This document shows, one piece after another, positions 1 to 15,625 of a stretch of 64,000 nt of DNA. The stretch comes from Eledone cirrhosa. Taxonomy: Eukaryota. A program made the translations under genes and the position numbers. The stretch's first letter is position 1, and each line of letters begins with the position of its first letter. The notes below the pieces were generated by a model, which saw only the letters and a list, made by a program, of their open reading frames with translations, made no database searches and was not told where the DNA came from. The stretch is from contig OZ024754.1 of the NCBI GenBank assembly GCA_964016885.1, forward strand, positions 25,544,001-25,608,000, given 5' to 3'.

Positions 1-147
1 AGAACTGACTGGTTATAATTTTGTATTGGCGATCGAGTAACGTGAAAACAAGCGAATAGCGATCTCTAGACCTACCAGTTCAGAGAAACAATTGTCAGCA
101 ATGAGATTAAAAACCTTTTTTGGATAGCAAACCATGTCAATCTTCTT
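1..147 (+). repeat. Partial copy of PLE pLTR family C (3' part of hammerhead), truncated by window start
   Basis: Near-identical to 2712-2867; contains GAAA-CAATTG-TC-AGC. A further inverted partial copy lies at ~1721-1840. Confidence 0.85.
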
Positions 148-155
148 TCCTGATT

Positions 156-247
<92 letters not shown>

Positions 248-310
248 CATATATATATATATATACATATATATACATATATATACATATATTTACATAT
301 ATATATATAT
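148..310. repeat. (TA)n microsatellite
   Basis: Direct reading. Confidence 0.95.
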
Positions 311-439
311 AACGAAGGAAATGTGGTAAGGAACCAGGTGGACCATAACGCACCAAAGTACTCAATACTTAGGGTAGTAGAGTGGGTAATAGGAACCAGT
401 AAGACCCCGACGGCTGAGCTCAAGCCGTTTCGACGGCTA

Positions 440-1720
<1,281 letters not shown>

Positions 1721-2051
1721 AAATCAGGAAAGAAGATTGACATGGTTTGCTATACAAAAAAGGTTTTTAATCTCATTGCTGACAATTGTTTCTCTGAACT
1801 GGTAGGTCTAGAGATCGCTATTCGCTTGTTTTCTCGTTACATTGTAGTAGTGATTTGAGAAATACTTGGATTTAGGATCAAGTGATGGCAGCAGCTGAGA
1901 CGGAATAAGTTTGTGGGTTGATGAGGTATTTACAGACATTTGTGTGGTATAGACTTGTGAAGGCTAGAGTGTACTTAATGAGTATATTTCTGTGGTGATT
2001 TATGCAGGGTAGTGGGTATCCTAGTTTAAAGCTATGTTGTGTTGGTTCGAT

Positions 2052-2470
2052 TCACGGAGGTTTGAATCTTATGAATTTAGTGGCAATTCTATGTCTGCAG
2101 AAGATAGATCTTTCTAACTTATTGTTAAGTAGCCTTTTTACATTTTTGAGGATATACATTAGTTCTAGATCACATAGCCCGCAGTGGGATATACCTGTAC
2201 TATAGGTTTTAGCAGCCGACAACTTCGACCAGTTATAACTGTAGTTAGTGCTGCTGTCCTTCAGTTCCCATATTTTTTTGGCGAGGGTTGTGGAACCCAT
2301 AAGTGCACGGTTTTTCATTGAGTTCCTGTGCACATACCATCTTTTTTTAAAAGAACCCGCGGTGGATCCTATGTGATTCCAGGTGGAGTTATCCGAGATG
2401 ACCGTGCACACGTATACTAGGCTCGAATCGAGACATCTGTTCGCCAATGGGCACCTATCTGGTAGGTGAC
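2052..2470 (-). pseudogene. PLE GIY-YIG endonuclease 3' fragment
   Basis: CPLANRCL..LVYVC..HIGST..FKKRW..CGLCDLE..LLNNKLE..CRH matches the other PLE endonucleases in the window; no RT upstream. Confidence 0.85.
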
Positions 2471-2701
2471 AGACGATACTCCGTACATGCCAAACTTTTA
2501 CTTCTGCTTCATGTCAGCTAGTTTTACACGCCGAAATCTTAGATACACTATACCCCCCACCTAATGTAATGTCAAGGTCTCTTCAAATAATTTATTAATA
2601 GCATTGTTGTAATTGTTGTTATTGTTCTAACTGAATGCCATTACTACTTCATATAGTAGCCTGTATATTCCTTTCATGCTGGTATATTCTCTTCATTCTC
2701 G

Positions 2702-2814
2702 CATGCTCCGAAGAACTGACTGGTTATAATTTTGTATTGGCGATCGAGTAACGTGAAAACAAGCGAATAGCGATCTCTAGACCTACCAGTTCAGAGAAAC
2801 AATTGTCAGCAATG
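2702..2814 (+). ncRNA. Hammerhead-like motif with variant core (CCGAAGA) and 81-nt stem II (family C)
   Basis: CATGCT-CCGAAGA-[actgactggt...accagttcaga]-GAAA-CAATTG-TC-AGCAATG. Confidence 0.65.
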
Positions 2815-3037
2815 AGATTAAAAACCTTTTTTGTATAGCAAACCATGTCAATCTTCTTTCCTGATTTATTATTACTCGAAGTGTTTACAACATAGGAATT
2901 ACAGCATACCCGCAACATCACTATGAAAACGCCTTGTTGAGTCAAACCAAGCCAAGCGTTGATATCATCCACTACCCGGAATACCATAACTGGACTACAC
3001 CTAAGTGGACTGCATATAACTATTATTTGTTACCCCG
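2702..3037 (+). repeat. PLE pLTR family C
   Basis: Diverged inverted copy at ~52766-53065; contains the HHR-like motif and the downstream bulged hairpin. Confidence 0.75.
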
Positions 3038-3214
3038 TATATATATGTATATATATATATGTATATATATATACTTAGGTTAATAGGAGTTAGGTATTGT
3101 ATACCCGTGTCCCATTAAGGTATTGGCAGCATAATAATTAGCTCTATGCTTTGGAGCAGAGCCGTATATATGATAAAGAACACAAGAGCGTCTACAACAT
3201 CAACAGATTTTTAT

Positions 3215-3263
3215 TGGCTTACAATGTTTCTTCCTTACGTAACCGTAGGATTCGTCAGAGCTA
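3215..3263 (-). ncRNA. Hammerhead ribozyme (family D)
   Basis: Reverse complement of 8073-8121. Confidence 0.8.
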
Positions 3264-3581
3264 TAAAAGGGGTTTGATTGGTGTTATGGACTCTATCAAC
3301 CAAACATTCAAGAGCAAAGAGTAAAGAGAGTAAAGAGCAAAAGCAGGGGACGATAAGTCTAATTTTGGTGCGAGAGGGTGGGGTTTGGGTTCTTGTTTAC
3401 TAGCTGTGGTCATATTCATTCCCCGGAGTCGAGTGGTTAGTTGGGCCATAGATGGGGTGGCGTGGATAGTAGGGTGCAGAGGGTGTGCAGAGGCTACACA
3501 CACACAAAAGGCATACAATATATATATATAATGGAGAAGGTAATTAGAAATGGAAAAAGAGTAATAATAATAATCTATAAT

Positions 3582-3720
3582 TAATTGTTTCTACTTTTGG
3601 CACAAGGCCAGCAATTAAACCCAGTGCATTACTGGTACTTTATTTTATCGATGAAAGGCAAAGTTAACCTCGGCAGGATTTAAACTCAGACCGACTCTCT
3701 ACCGATACTGCCAATCCACC
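3582..3720 (-). mobile_element. Internally deleted tRNA-derived SINE
   Basis: Matches the SINE copies at 49.9-51.9 kb; absent from the mirror arm near 7740-7760. Confidence 0.85.
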
Positions 3721-4544
3721 GGGGAAGATTACACTATAATAAGGTATAAATGTAAGAATAAGCTAAAATATAAAGGAGGATAAAAGTGAAAATAAGAATA
3801 AAGATAAAAAATATATATAAAAAATATATAGAGAATATATAAAGAAATATAAGCAAGTATTAGGAGGGGAAAACACAATGTAAAAAAACCGATCTTTTCA
3901 AACAAAAATATTATAAATATAGGGGGAGAAAACGGGATAGAGAAATATAATCAAATGTGATTATTTGAGAGAATATAAGATGATAATAGTTATGTCAAGT
4001 TTATACATCCTAATAATAAACAATCTGTATATCAGAGTTACACATCCTTCAATTCACCTGCAGGTTCAAGCCACGTGGTATAGTGCATTGTTCATCCGTG
4101 CGGTCATGTGCGTTTGTTTTTGACACAACAGCAGATGCACAAGTTCGTAAATTCCAATGCAGATAGAAATCTATTTTTGCTCACCCAGACATTGACGGAG
4201 GATCCAATATTGCTAGTTCAATATGTCCGTGGTGTTATTTTGGTCGCGCAAATCAATCACTTGGTTCAATATTATGAAGTATGGTTTTCTGGTCTTCGTA
4301 ACAGTGTCAGTGGTTGTATATCTCGAAATCACAAGGATCACAGTACTCCGGTTTGGTGTGATTATCGGTCATCCAACTATGTTGTCGGTGGTTGGATTCA
4401 ATTCTATTGCCCCGAACGTAGAACTTTGGTGTCGATTGAACATTAACGAGGCAGAGTGAGATCGCATCTGTGGTGCAAAACGGTACGCAATGAAATTCTT
4501 CGTCTTCGTTTCATCCGGGTCCAGCAGTCACGTGCAAGAACCGC

Positions 4545-4830
4545 TACGTAGTAATTGTGAGGGTAATCGGTCAAGATAGTAACTGACCGAGAATTCTCTT
4601 AGGAATTCAGACAGGCATGACAGGTACATTTAGGTCAGCAGTTTCTTTATGTGTACGTGTGTCCGATAAACACAGACGCATATTTATACGTAGTAATTGT
4701 GAGGGTAATCGGTCAATATAGTAACAGACCGGAAATTCTCTTAGGAATTCAGACAGGCATTACAGGTACATTTAGGTCAGCAGTTTCTTTATGTGTACGT
4801 GTGTCCGATACACACAGACACATATCTATA
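4545..4830. repeat. 142-bp tandem duplication
   Basis: tacgtagtaattgtgagggtaatcgg at 4545 and 4687; only one copy in the mirror arm. Confidence 0.85.
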
Positions 4831-5145
4831 TGTATTTCAACTCAAAACATTCAATTGACTCGCTTATTGATGTTATATCTCTGTTGCTCCGATGTGCATG
4901 TTGTGGTGTTCTGGTCATGTCTAGTATTCACTGTGTTTTGCCATTACCTTGGAATGTGATGTTATGGTCATCAATAGTCCGGCAAGCGCATTCCTCTCTT
5001 ATATTGTGGAGAATGGTGTTCTGGTCCTCAGTAAACATTTGGGTCGGCAGGAGGGGTGGTGGTTCTCAGTTTCAACTGCGACAATACATATGTGTTACTC
5101 CGCATATCGTGCTCCTCTCAAACAGGAATATTATAGGAGGAATTC

Positions 5146-5430
5146 ATGCCAAATACCACATATAGAGAAGACTTCTACAGAGAAGACTTCTACAGAACCC
5201 GCAGTTGCAATTGTAGGCGGAGTAGTAATTGTCTCTTAAGGGAGGCTTGCCTCAAGAAAAAACTCGTATATGCATGTGACATAACCACACACAACTCTAC
5301 CAAAACATATATAGGAGCAACGTCCAATACATTTAAAACTAGATTTAACGCGCATATGTACACATTTAGATACGATAGACATAAGAATGCCACCTCACTG
5401 GCGGGATACATCTCCTTCTTAAAAAATAAT
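5146..5430 (+). pseudogene. Truncated duplicate of the PLE GIY-YIG domain
   Basis: Tandem copy of ~5491-5790, ending at KNN. Confidence 0.85.
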
Positions 5431-5490
5431 ACATATGTGTTACTCCGCATATCGTGCTCCTCTCAAAGAGGAGTATTATAGGAGGAATTC

Positions 5491-5994
5491 ATGCCAAATA
5501 CCACATATAGAGAAGACTTCTACAGAGAAGACTTCTTCAGAGAAGACTTCTACAGAACCCGCAGTTGCAATTGTAGGCGGAGTAGTAATTGTCCCCTAAG
5601 GGGGGCTTGCCTCATGAAAGACATCGTATATGCATGTGATATAACCACACGCAACTCTACCAAAACATATATAGGAGCAACGTCCAATACATTTAAAACT
5701 AGATTTAACGCGCATATGTACACATTTAGATACGATAGACATAAGAATGCCACCTCACTGGCGGGATACATCTCCTTCTTAAAAAATAATAGTACCCCAT
5801 ACAAACTTTTTTGGAGGAAGCTTACTAGATCCACGCCATACCGACCGCAGAGCGGGAGTTGTGACCTGTGTTTACTGGAATGCCATGCCATAATACACTC
5901 TAAACTGAACCTGTTTAATAGGAAATCGGAAATTTTCTCCTCTTGCCAACACAAAATCCTGAGTTCCTTCTTCTATTTTAAACCTAGCACATAG
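5491..5994 (+). pseudogene. PLE GIY-YIG endonuclease domain (5'-truncated element)
   Basis: CNCRRSSNCPLRGAC, IVY..TYIGAT, FKTRF, CDLCLLE, NRKSE, CQH. Confidence 0.9.
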
Positions 5995-8072
5995 ACGTAA
6001 CATATATTACGCAACCCCCACCTAGACATACCCCTCCTTGACTATAGCTTCCCCCCCAACACATAGCCCAGATAGATAGGTAGCCTGAGGGTGGAACAGT
6101 CCCCTACAAGGTTGGTGTTTGTGTGTGTGCGTATGTGTGTGTCTGTGTGTATCCTCCTTTTCTCTCTCTCTCACACACACACACACAGACATGGGTATGT
6201 ATGTGTGCGTACGTGTGTGAATGCATGCATGCATATGTGCGTGAATTGTATACATGTATATTGTATGTATATATATATATATGTATATTGTATGCATCTG
6301 TATTATATTGTGTGTATGTGTATATGTGATATGTATGTGTATATGTATATGTATGTGTATATGTGTATGTGTGTGTGTATGATATGTATATGTGTGTGTA
6401 TGTATGTATATTTTTTCTGTAGAAGTCTTCTCTATATGTGGTATTTGGCATGAATTCCTCCTATAGTACTCCTCTTTGAGAGGAGCACGATATGCGGAGT
6501 AACACATATGTATTGTCGCAGTTGAAACTGAGAACCACCACCCCTCCTGCCGACCCAAATGTTTACTGAGGACCAGAACACCATTCTCCACAATATAAGA
6601 GAGGAATGCGCTTGCCGGACTATTGATGACCATAACATCACATTCCAAGGTAATGGCAAAACACAGTGAATACTAGACATGACCAGAACACCACAACATG
6701 CACATCGGAGCAACAGAGATATAACATCAATAAGCAAGTCAATTGAATGTTTTGAGTTGAAATACATATAGATATGTGTCTGTGTGTATCGGACACACGT
6801 ACACATAAAGAAACTGCTGACCTAAATATACCTGTCATGCCTGTCTGAATTCCTAAGAGAATTCTCGGTCAGTTACTATCTTGACCGATTACCCTCACAA
6901 TTACTACATAGCGGTTCTTGCACGTGACTGCTGGACCCGGATGAAACAAAGACGAAGAATTTCATTGCGTACCGTTTTGCACCACAGATGCGATCTCACT
7001 CTGCCTCGTTAATGTTCAATCGACACCAAAGTTCTACGTTCGGGGCAATAGAATTGAATCCAACCACCGACAACATAGTTGGATGACCGATAATCACACC
7101 AAACCGGAGTACTGTGATCCTTGTGATTTCGAGATATACAACCACTGACACTGTTACGAAGACCAGAAAACCATACTCCATAATATTGAACCAAGTGATT
7201 GATTTGCGCGACCAAAATAACACCACACACATATTGAACTAGGAATATTGGATCCTCCGTCAATGTCTGGGTGAGCAAAAATAGATTTCTATCTGCATTG
7301 GAATTTACGAACTTGTGCATCTGCTGTGGTGTCAAAAACAAACGCACATGACCACACGGATGAACAATGGACTATACCACGTGGCTTGAACCTGCAGGTG
7401 AATTAAAGGATGTGTAACTCTGATATACAGATTGTTTATTATTAGTATGTATAAACTTGACATAACTATTATCATCTTATATTCTCTCAAATAATCACAT
7501 TTGATTACATTATTCTATCCCGTTTTCTCCCCCTATATTTATAATATTTTTGTTTGAAAAGATCGGTTTTTTTACATTATGTTTTCCTCTCCTAGTACTT
7601 TCTTATATTTCTTTATATATTCTCTATATATTTTTTTATATATATTTTTTATCTTTATTCTTATTTTCACTTTTATTCGCCTTTATATTTTACCTTATTC
7701 TTACTTTTATACCTTATTATAGTGTAATATTCCCCATGCCTTATTATACATTATTAATTATAGATTATTATTATTACTCTTTTTCCATTTCTAATTACCT
7801 CCTCCATTATATATATATTGTATGCCTTTTGTGTGTGTGTAGCCTCTGCACACCCTCTTCACCCTACTATCGACGCCACCCCATCTATGGCTCAACTAAC
7901 CACTCGACTCTCGGGAATGAATATGACCACAGCTAGTAAACACGGACCCAAACCCCACCCTCCAGCACCAAAATTAGACTTATCGTCCCCTGCTTTTGCT
8001 CTTTACTCTCTTTACTCTTTGTTCTTGAATGTTTGGTTGGTAGAGTCCATAACACCAATCAAAGCCCTTTTA

Positions 8073-8121
8073 TAGCTCTGACGAATCCTACGGTTACGTA
8101 AGGAAGAAACATTGTAAGCCA
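8073..8121 (+). ncRNA. Hammerhead ribozyme (family D)
   Basis: GCT-CTGACGA-aTCCTACG gtta CGTAaGGAa-GAAA-CATTG-TA-AGC. Confidence 0.8.
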
Positions 8122-8222
8122 ATAAAAATCTGTTGATGTTGTAGACGCTCTTGTGTTCTTTATCATATATATATATGTATATGGAGGAGGTTATAGTTCA
8201 CTTGAAGCATTGTGTAATGAGG

Positions 8223-8602
8223 TATAAACGTTTGAGTATGTATAATAAAGCCAAAAGAATGCAGGTATGGACATAGAAAAAAGAATGCAATTGCAAAAGA
8301 TATTGTTGACAAATCGTCTTTTACCTTAGATTTATTTAAATGTCCTTAATTTTTGAGATAATATCTCTTCTTCAGAGGAAAATAAAGGTCTTAAACCAGC
8401 CTTCTAAATATCTTGCCAAGCCATATAGAAGGCTGGTTTGAGACCTTTATTTCCCTCTGAAGAAGAGATATTATCTCGAAAATTAAGGACATTTGAATAA
8501 ATCTAAGGTAAAAGACGATTTGTCAACAATATCTTTTGCAATTGCATTCTTTTTTCTATGTCCATACCTGCATTGTTTTGGCTTTATTATACATATTCAA
8601 AC

Positions 8603-8609
<7 letters not shown>
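8223..8609. repeat. Near-perfect palindrome, ~184-bp arms with a 19-nt spacer
   Basis: 8223-8406 is the reverse complement of 8426-8609 with few mismatches. Confidence 0.9.
8454..8488 (+). ncRNA. Ultra-minimal hammerhead-like motif (family E)
   Basis: CCT-CTGAAGA-aGAGATA t TATCTC-GAAA-AT-TA-AGG; the mirror copy has GAAA>AAAA. Confidence 0.45.
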
Positions 8610-8685
<76 letters not shown>

Positions 8686-8738
8686 TAAACAAATAATGAA
8701 TAAACAATGAAACAGTTCCTTATATTAAACAAAAAAAG

Positions 8739-8892
8739 TTCATTATTTAACGATCGTTTCTAGGATATATATGTGTTAGAATTGGCATGCATATTCAACA
8801 GATCTATGTACAAAATTATACAAAATTATACAAACTATCAAGATTAAATATACATACCAACACATATATAAGCCGTCTTCAGAAATAATGAA
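8739..8892 (-). ncRNA. Hammerhead ribozyme with long stem II (family F)
   Basis: Reverse complement of 24437-24592. Confidence 0.8.
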
Positions 8893-9519
8893 ATATATTT
8901 ATTGATAATAACAACAATTCAAAATTTCAGGTCCGTTTGGGAACAAAATTGACCAATGAAAATACAAAAGGTTTAATGCAGTTCGGTGTGTGTATATACA
9001 TGTAACTACCCTTACACATATTTTACAAAAATGTATGCACAACTTGTATACGCATACCAAAAGGATGGATGCAAATACAAAATTTCAAGGTTAATGTCTC
9101 TGTAAGTTTATAATGCACAGATAAGATGCGTATAGACACATAAATATGAAATAAGTGTATACACATAATCTCATACTCACACATATCCGTACAATCACAC
9201 ACACACGCGCGTATATGCATAAACATACACATAACTACGAACATACAAACACACACACACCCCCACTCACATATATATATGTGGATATAAAATCCTAAGC
9301 ACATGGATATTAATTCACTCACATAAACACTGGCACACACATTTAGATCAAGATACAGAAATTAGGTGGGAGGGGGGGAGAGGTCAGTATTCAACGGTTT
9401 GGGCAGACTGCTTAATATAGATGTATCTATAAACTAAGAAAATAAAAAATAATAAATAATAAATAAACATTAAAAAGGAAAGAAAAGAAAAAGAAAAAAG
9501 AAAAAAGAAATATATCAAG

Positions 9520-9573
<54 letters not shown>

Positions 9574-9719
9574 CACACATATACACATATATATATATAT
9601 ACACATATACAAACACATACATACATATACACACATCCACACTTAGAACATACATACACACACATATATAAACATATACATATACACACATACATACATA
9701 TACACACATACATATAAAT

Positions 9720-9790
<71 letters not shown>

Positions 9791-10095
9791 CATACATACA
9801 CATATAATCACACATACTATATAGACACACATATATATACATACATACACGCACATATACATACACTTACATACTTATATACATACAGATATACACATAC
9901 ATACCTATATATACACACAAATACATACAGACATACATACATACAGACAAATACTTACGCATCTATATATCGGTATATACATACAAACACCACTACACTC
10001 TCACACAACACAGACATACAAAGAAAAAGGTATATACCTATACACATATACATATACAAATAGAGAAACATATACATATATATATATATATATAT

Positions 10096-10148
<53 letters not shown>

Positions 10149-10291
10149 CACATATACACACATACACATACATACACATACATACATGTACACACACATA
10201 GATATATATACACATACACACATACACACATACTTATATAGTCATACACACACATACACCTACACGAACATACACATACACATATATAAAG

Positions 10292-10338
<47 letters not shown>

Positions 10339-10346
10339 AAAAATAA

Positions 10347-10409
<63 letters not shown>

Positions 10410-10730
10410 CATACACCTATACATAGACATATATGTACATACATACACATACATAGATACATACACACATGTACATACATATATATATACACACATAGAC
10501 ATATACATACATACACACACAACATACATACACACATATATACTCATACATAGAATTAGATATATAATCATACATACATACGCACTTACATATACTCATA
10601 TATACAAATACATACGCATCCATATATGCGTATATACATAGAAACACCACTACACCCTCACCCAACTCAGACATACAAAGAAAAAAGCATATACATATAC
10701 ATATATACACGCATTAATAGAGATATATAT

Positions 10731-10767
<37 letters not shown>

Positions 10768-10973
10768 CACTTATATATATATATACCCACACACACATAC
10801 AACCATAAATACACATACAAACACCCACATATACATATATATACACATATATATATATACACACACATAAAAAACAGACATGCACATATATATTTTTTTT
10901 ACACATATATAAACACATATACACACCCTCACATATACACACATACACATAAGTTATATTATAATAATAAATA

Positions 10974-11054
<81 letters not shown>

Positions 11055-11301
11055 CGAATATAGACATATATACACACATAGATATATACATATATATACA
11101 CATACATATACACACACACATATACACACTCACATATATATGTGTGTGCACACACACATATATACACATACACACATATACACATAAACACATATATGTG
11201 TATACATGCACACACACACATATATCCACATAGAAACGAAGATAGACATATAAATAGAGAGACATACATATATATACACGCACACATATACATACATACA
11301 T

Positions 11302-11373
<72 letters not shown>

Positions 11374-12693
11374 ACACAAACACATACACATATATATACA
11401 CATGCATATATACACATATACACATACATACCCACATATATATACACACACAATCTTACATTCTTATTTGCATGCGCATATATGTATTTTTATATTCAGA
11501 TATAAATACCCAAACATATATACACCTACCTACATATATATTCATACATACACGCTTACAAACACAGATGATAATAGTATGGGGGAAAGGGGGGGTTGGA
11601 GAAGGGGATTATAGTAAATATATGTTTCAAGAAACATAGAATATTATCCGTATCTGGATCCAATGTATGCTTGTTTACATAGTTTCAGTGTTAGGAAATA
11701 CAATAAACAAGAAATAAGGCAAAATTTATGCATTTCAAAATAAATAAGTATACCATTAATTATATGTTAACTAAACTAAATATAGTTAACATATTGATTT
11801 CTAAGGTGTAAATTAGTTAGGTTTATAATATTTGAAGCAGAATTTTGAAGTTAAATAGTAGTAGAGTATTAATTATAGTATAACTAAATTAAAGTTAATA
11901 ACGTTATGGTATCAATATTAGGAAATGAATTTAGTAATAGGGAAAAAACAAATAAAGTATTACATCGGTAGTAGAATATAAATTATAGGTTAACTAAATT
12001 AAAAATTATATATTAATTTCTATAGTATATGTTAATTAGGTATATAATAAATAAAACAGATATTGTATTTTATCAATAGCAGAATATAATTATATGCAAA
12101 TAGAAATCAAAATTAATACATTTACATATACATATAGATACACATATATATATACACATATATATACATATATATATACACATATATACACATATACACA
12201 CACATACACATACACATACACATATACATATACATATTTTTTCAAAAATTGCAAAGAATATATTAACTAGGTATATATCCAAAACACATCCCATTCTATG
12301 ATTACATGACATTCTGCAATTCGTCTGTATAAGGATACCAATTTTAAGCCAATTAAATTAAATTTTTAGGTTGACTAAAATTAAAACCAAATTATAAATA
12401 TATTTCTAAAATGTATATTAATTAGGTCTATAATACTAAAAATTATTTCTCTGTCATTGGATACACGATATTTTGTTATATTTTATCTGTAAAAGAATTA
12501 TAATAAAAGGTTTAAATAAATTAAAATTAATCTATAAATTAAATTACTAAGTATATATTAGTAATATTTAAAGGTTTTTTCACAATTTATGATTACATAA
12601 TATTTTATATTCTCATCTGTAATAGAATTTTAATTAAATTAAATTTATAGGTTAACTAACATTTAAATTAAATTAATTTCTAAAATAATGTTA

Positions 12694-15143
12694 TTAATTA
12701 GGTTTATAATATTTAAATGTTTTTTTTAGTTTATGATTACACGATATAATTAATTCCTGTCGTTTATTTAATAGGATATCCTTAGATTTCATTATTTCAA
12801 ATAGTTCTTGGGAACATAATCTACATTCATTTCTATTATTTTGATAAGGGGTGGCTCTTTTGAGCACACTCCAGGTCAAATCATATTCTATATTCTTATT
12901 TTTATAACTATTGATTTTTTCTGCTAGAGATGTTGTATTAGCCAGTGCGGCATTTTTAAAACTATGCTTGTGGGTATTAAACCTTGTCTTAAAATTGTTA
13001 GAGGTAGCTCCTATATATGAGCAAATAGAATCTTTAGTTTTAACATTACATTTATAGACTATGTTGTTAACAAGACAATTCCCTTTTAATGGGCAGTTTG
13101 CTTTGTTTCTACAGTTACAACCTTTCGTTAATTCTGTATTTGAGGAGATATTATGGTTAATTTGATGTACTGGTGGTATACTTATGGTTTTCTTACATTT
13201 ATATGCATTATAGGCACTTATATTTTGTTTTATGTTATTTGTTGTAGAGTATGAGAATTTAACAGTAGACCTATTTAAGATTTGATGGTATTTGTGGTTT
13301 GGCTGGAAGTTTTTCTCTAGGATATAAAAAAATTTTTTAGCAATATTATCCTTAATTTGTAAATTAAATGGAGCATTATACCAAGTAACCCGTCTATTAC
13401 GGTTTCTATGTTGTTTATTATTTTTATTATTTTTATAGGTTGTATCGTGATTTTTACTAGGAGGATTAATGTTAATGATCTCACCACAACCATTTTTAGT
13501 TATATTTGTAGATTTAGGTGTTTTATCCTTTTTATTAGGAGTTTTATTATTAATATTTATTAGAGTTGTATGATGAGTAGTTTTTTGAGAGTTACTATAC
13601 TTTATATTAGAAGATTTGGTATTTTGGGGTATAGTGTGGGTGGCATTTAGGTGTGCACTTTTCATTTGGTGTTTGTTGGTAATATTAGGTTGTATGCTTT
13701 CAGTATTTTTAGTAGAAGGTATATATTCTAATCTATTTTTGTGGCCACTTCTATCTAGAGCTTCGTTATAGAAGGTCGCATTTTTATCAAATACATCTTG
13801 GTTAGAAGAAAGGTTAGAAATTCTAAGTGATATATTATATGCAAGGTTTTTAAGGATAGATTTAGGGTGATTAGATTGTGAGTGTATGTAATGTAAGTTT
13901 TGGTTTGGTTTATGGTAAGGTTGGTAGATACCCGTAGCTAAATCTAAAGTTATATCTAGGAAATTTACTACTTTACTTGTTTTTTCAAAAGTAATATTAA
14001 GATTATAATAGTCTTTAAGGAAAGTTCTATGTTTTTTGTTTTTTTCAATTTCTGAAAGGCTAAGGTTGTTAGAAAGAAGAAGACAGTCATCACGATATAA
14101 ACCACCTTTGAGGTGGGGAAAGGAGGCATTTATGTTGAAAAGGAGAAAGAGGCCCACAAGATCAGTAATTTGGGCGGAATCGCTTGAACCCATAGTAATA
14201 TCAAATAGATTACTATATGTGTTTCTGGTCCAGTATTCATTCTGAAATTCAATAAGTGTTAGTCTAGCATGTGTAATAATATTAATGTCATCCAAAGTTA
14301 AGTTAGATCTATTTTTAGCAAATATCAATGCTTTGTTCAGGAGTATAGGTGATATAGAAGAATAGTAATTATCTATATCAAATTGTAGAAATGAAGCAGA
14401 AGATTTACATCTAATATTTTTAAACCAGTTAATTACCTGGGAGGTGTTTTCCCAGAGTGGTAAAATAACGTGTTTTCTTATTTGTGGGATGACTCTATCC
14501 AAAATTTTTTTGCTAATTATTCCAATATCTGATTTGGAGGGACATATAAGTCTAATAGAAGGATTTGAGTTAAAGTTTGATTTATGATCCTTCAGGTTGA
14601 AGTGTGGTCTTTTCAATGCCAAAGGTTCAGTTCTATCTTCAATGTTTAGTTTTTTTACTATGTTGTGTGTTTTGTTGTTGATGTTGGTGAGTGACGCATT
14701 ATTAGATTTTTTATAATTTTTTCTGAGTTCTTTATATATGAACTCATTATAATGTTCAATATCCATATGATACAAGTTACCAGTTTTGTCCGAGTGGACA
14801 TGGATTTTTTTAGACTTTTTTAGGTCCAATCAAGGTCCTTTTGAAAGACGGATTTATACTTTTTAAATTTGAGGTGTTTAATTAAATTAAAAAGGTCTTT
14901 CTCGAAGTCTTCAAGTAAAAAGTTGTGTGGTGGATTCTTGTAAGTATTGAAATCATACATATATTTCCGATCTGCTTGTTTAGATTTTCTATCGAAGTGG
15001 TAGGCTCTCCATCTAACCCTTCTGATAAAATTATTAGTTTTTTGAATCATAAGGAGTAAGAAGTCATCCTTAGAAGGTATTGGTATGTTTTTTAAAGAGG
15101 TTCCCAAATATTGTTTTTCCATTGTGATATGGATGATGGACAA
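12694..15143 (-). pseudogene. PLE reverse transcriptase + GIY-YIG endonuclease ORF with one frameshift near 14825
   Basis: 107-aa N-terminal piece (SLKNIP, RVRWRA) plus 711-aa piece: SDKTGN, FDIDNYY, MGS, YRDD, FLDITLD, WYNAPF, CNCRNKANCPLKGNC, IVY-YIG, CRLC, CNH. Confidence 0.92.
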
Positions 15144-15471
15144 TTGAAAGAGCTCAACTAAATGTATATGGGTTTATAAAATCATACATATATATGTATA
15201 TACATAAATATAAAATTAATACACACATACAGTACAAAAATACGAATATTTCCGTGAAAATAGGAGCAAAATTATGTAGATAAATCTACCAAGAGTTTAC
15301 GGTAGTGTCCAATCCGTATGAAGAACTCAATGTATTCCGGATATCATGGAAAGAAGAGATGTAATGAAAAATCACTTTCGGTGAAAGATAAACGGTATAC
15401 AGAGTCAAGATAAAATATTAAACAAATAATGAATAAACAATGAAACAGTTCCTTATATTAAACAAAAAAAG

Positions 15472-15625
15472 TTCATTATTTAACGATCGTTTCTAGGATA
15501 TATATGTGTTAGAATTGGCATGCATATTCAACAGATCTATGTACAAAATTATACAAAATTATACAAACTATCAAGATTAAATATACATACCAACACATAT
15601 ATAAGCCGTCTTCAGAAATAATGAA
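15472..15625 (-). ncRNA. Hammerhead ribozyme with long stem II (family F)
   Basis: Tandem copy of 8739-8892. Confidence 0.8.

Larger units (their letters stand above)
3160..8170. mobile_element. Composite PLE insertion: ~1.8-2 kb inverted repeat (3160-5186 / 6419-8170) around duplicated endonuclease fragments
   Basis: Mirror ORFs in the track (4108+/7009-, 4791+/6432-, 3261-/7818+); an HHR in each arm. Confidence 0.85.

Noticed and set aside
4108-5239. Overlapping 80-120 aa ORFs as host exons
   Set aside because: No recognisable domain, overlapping frames, and located inside a TE inverted repeat.
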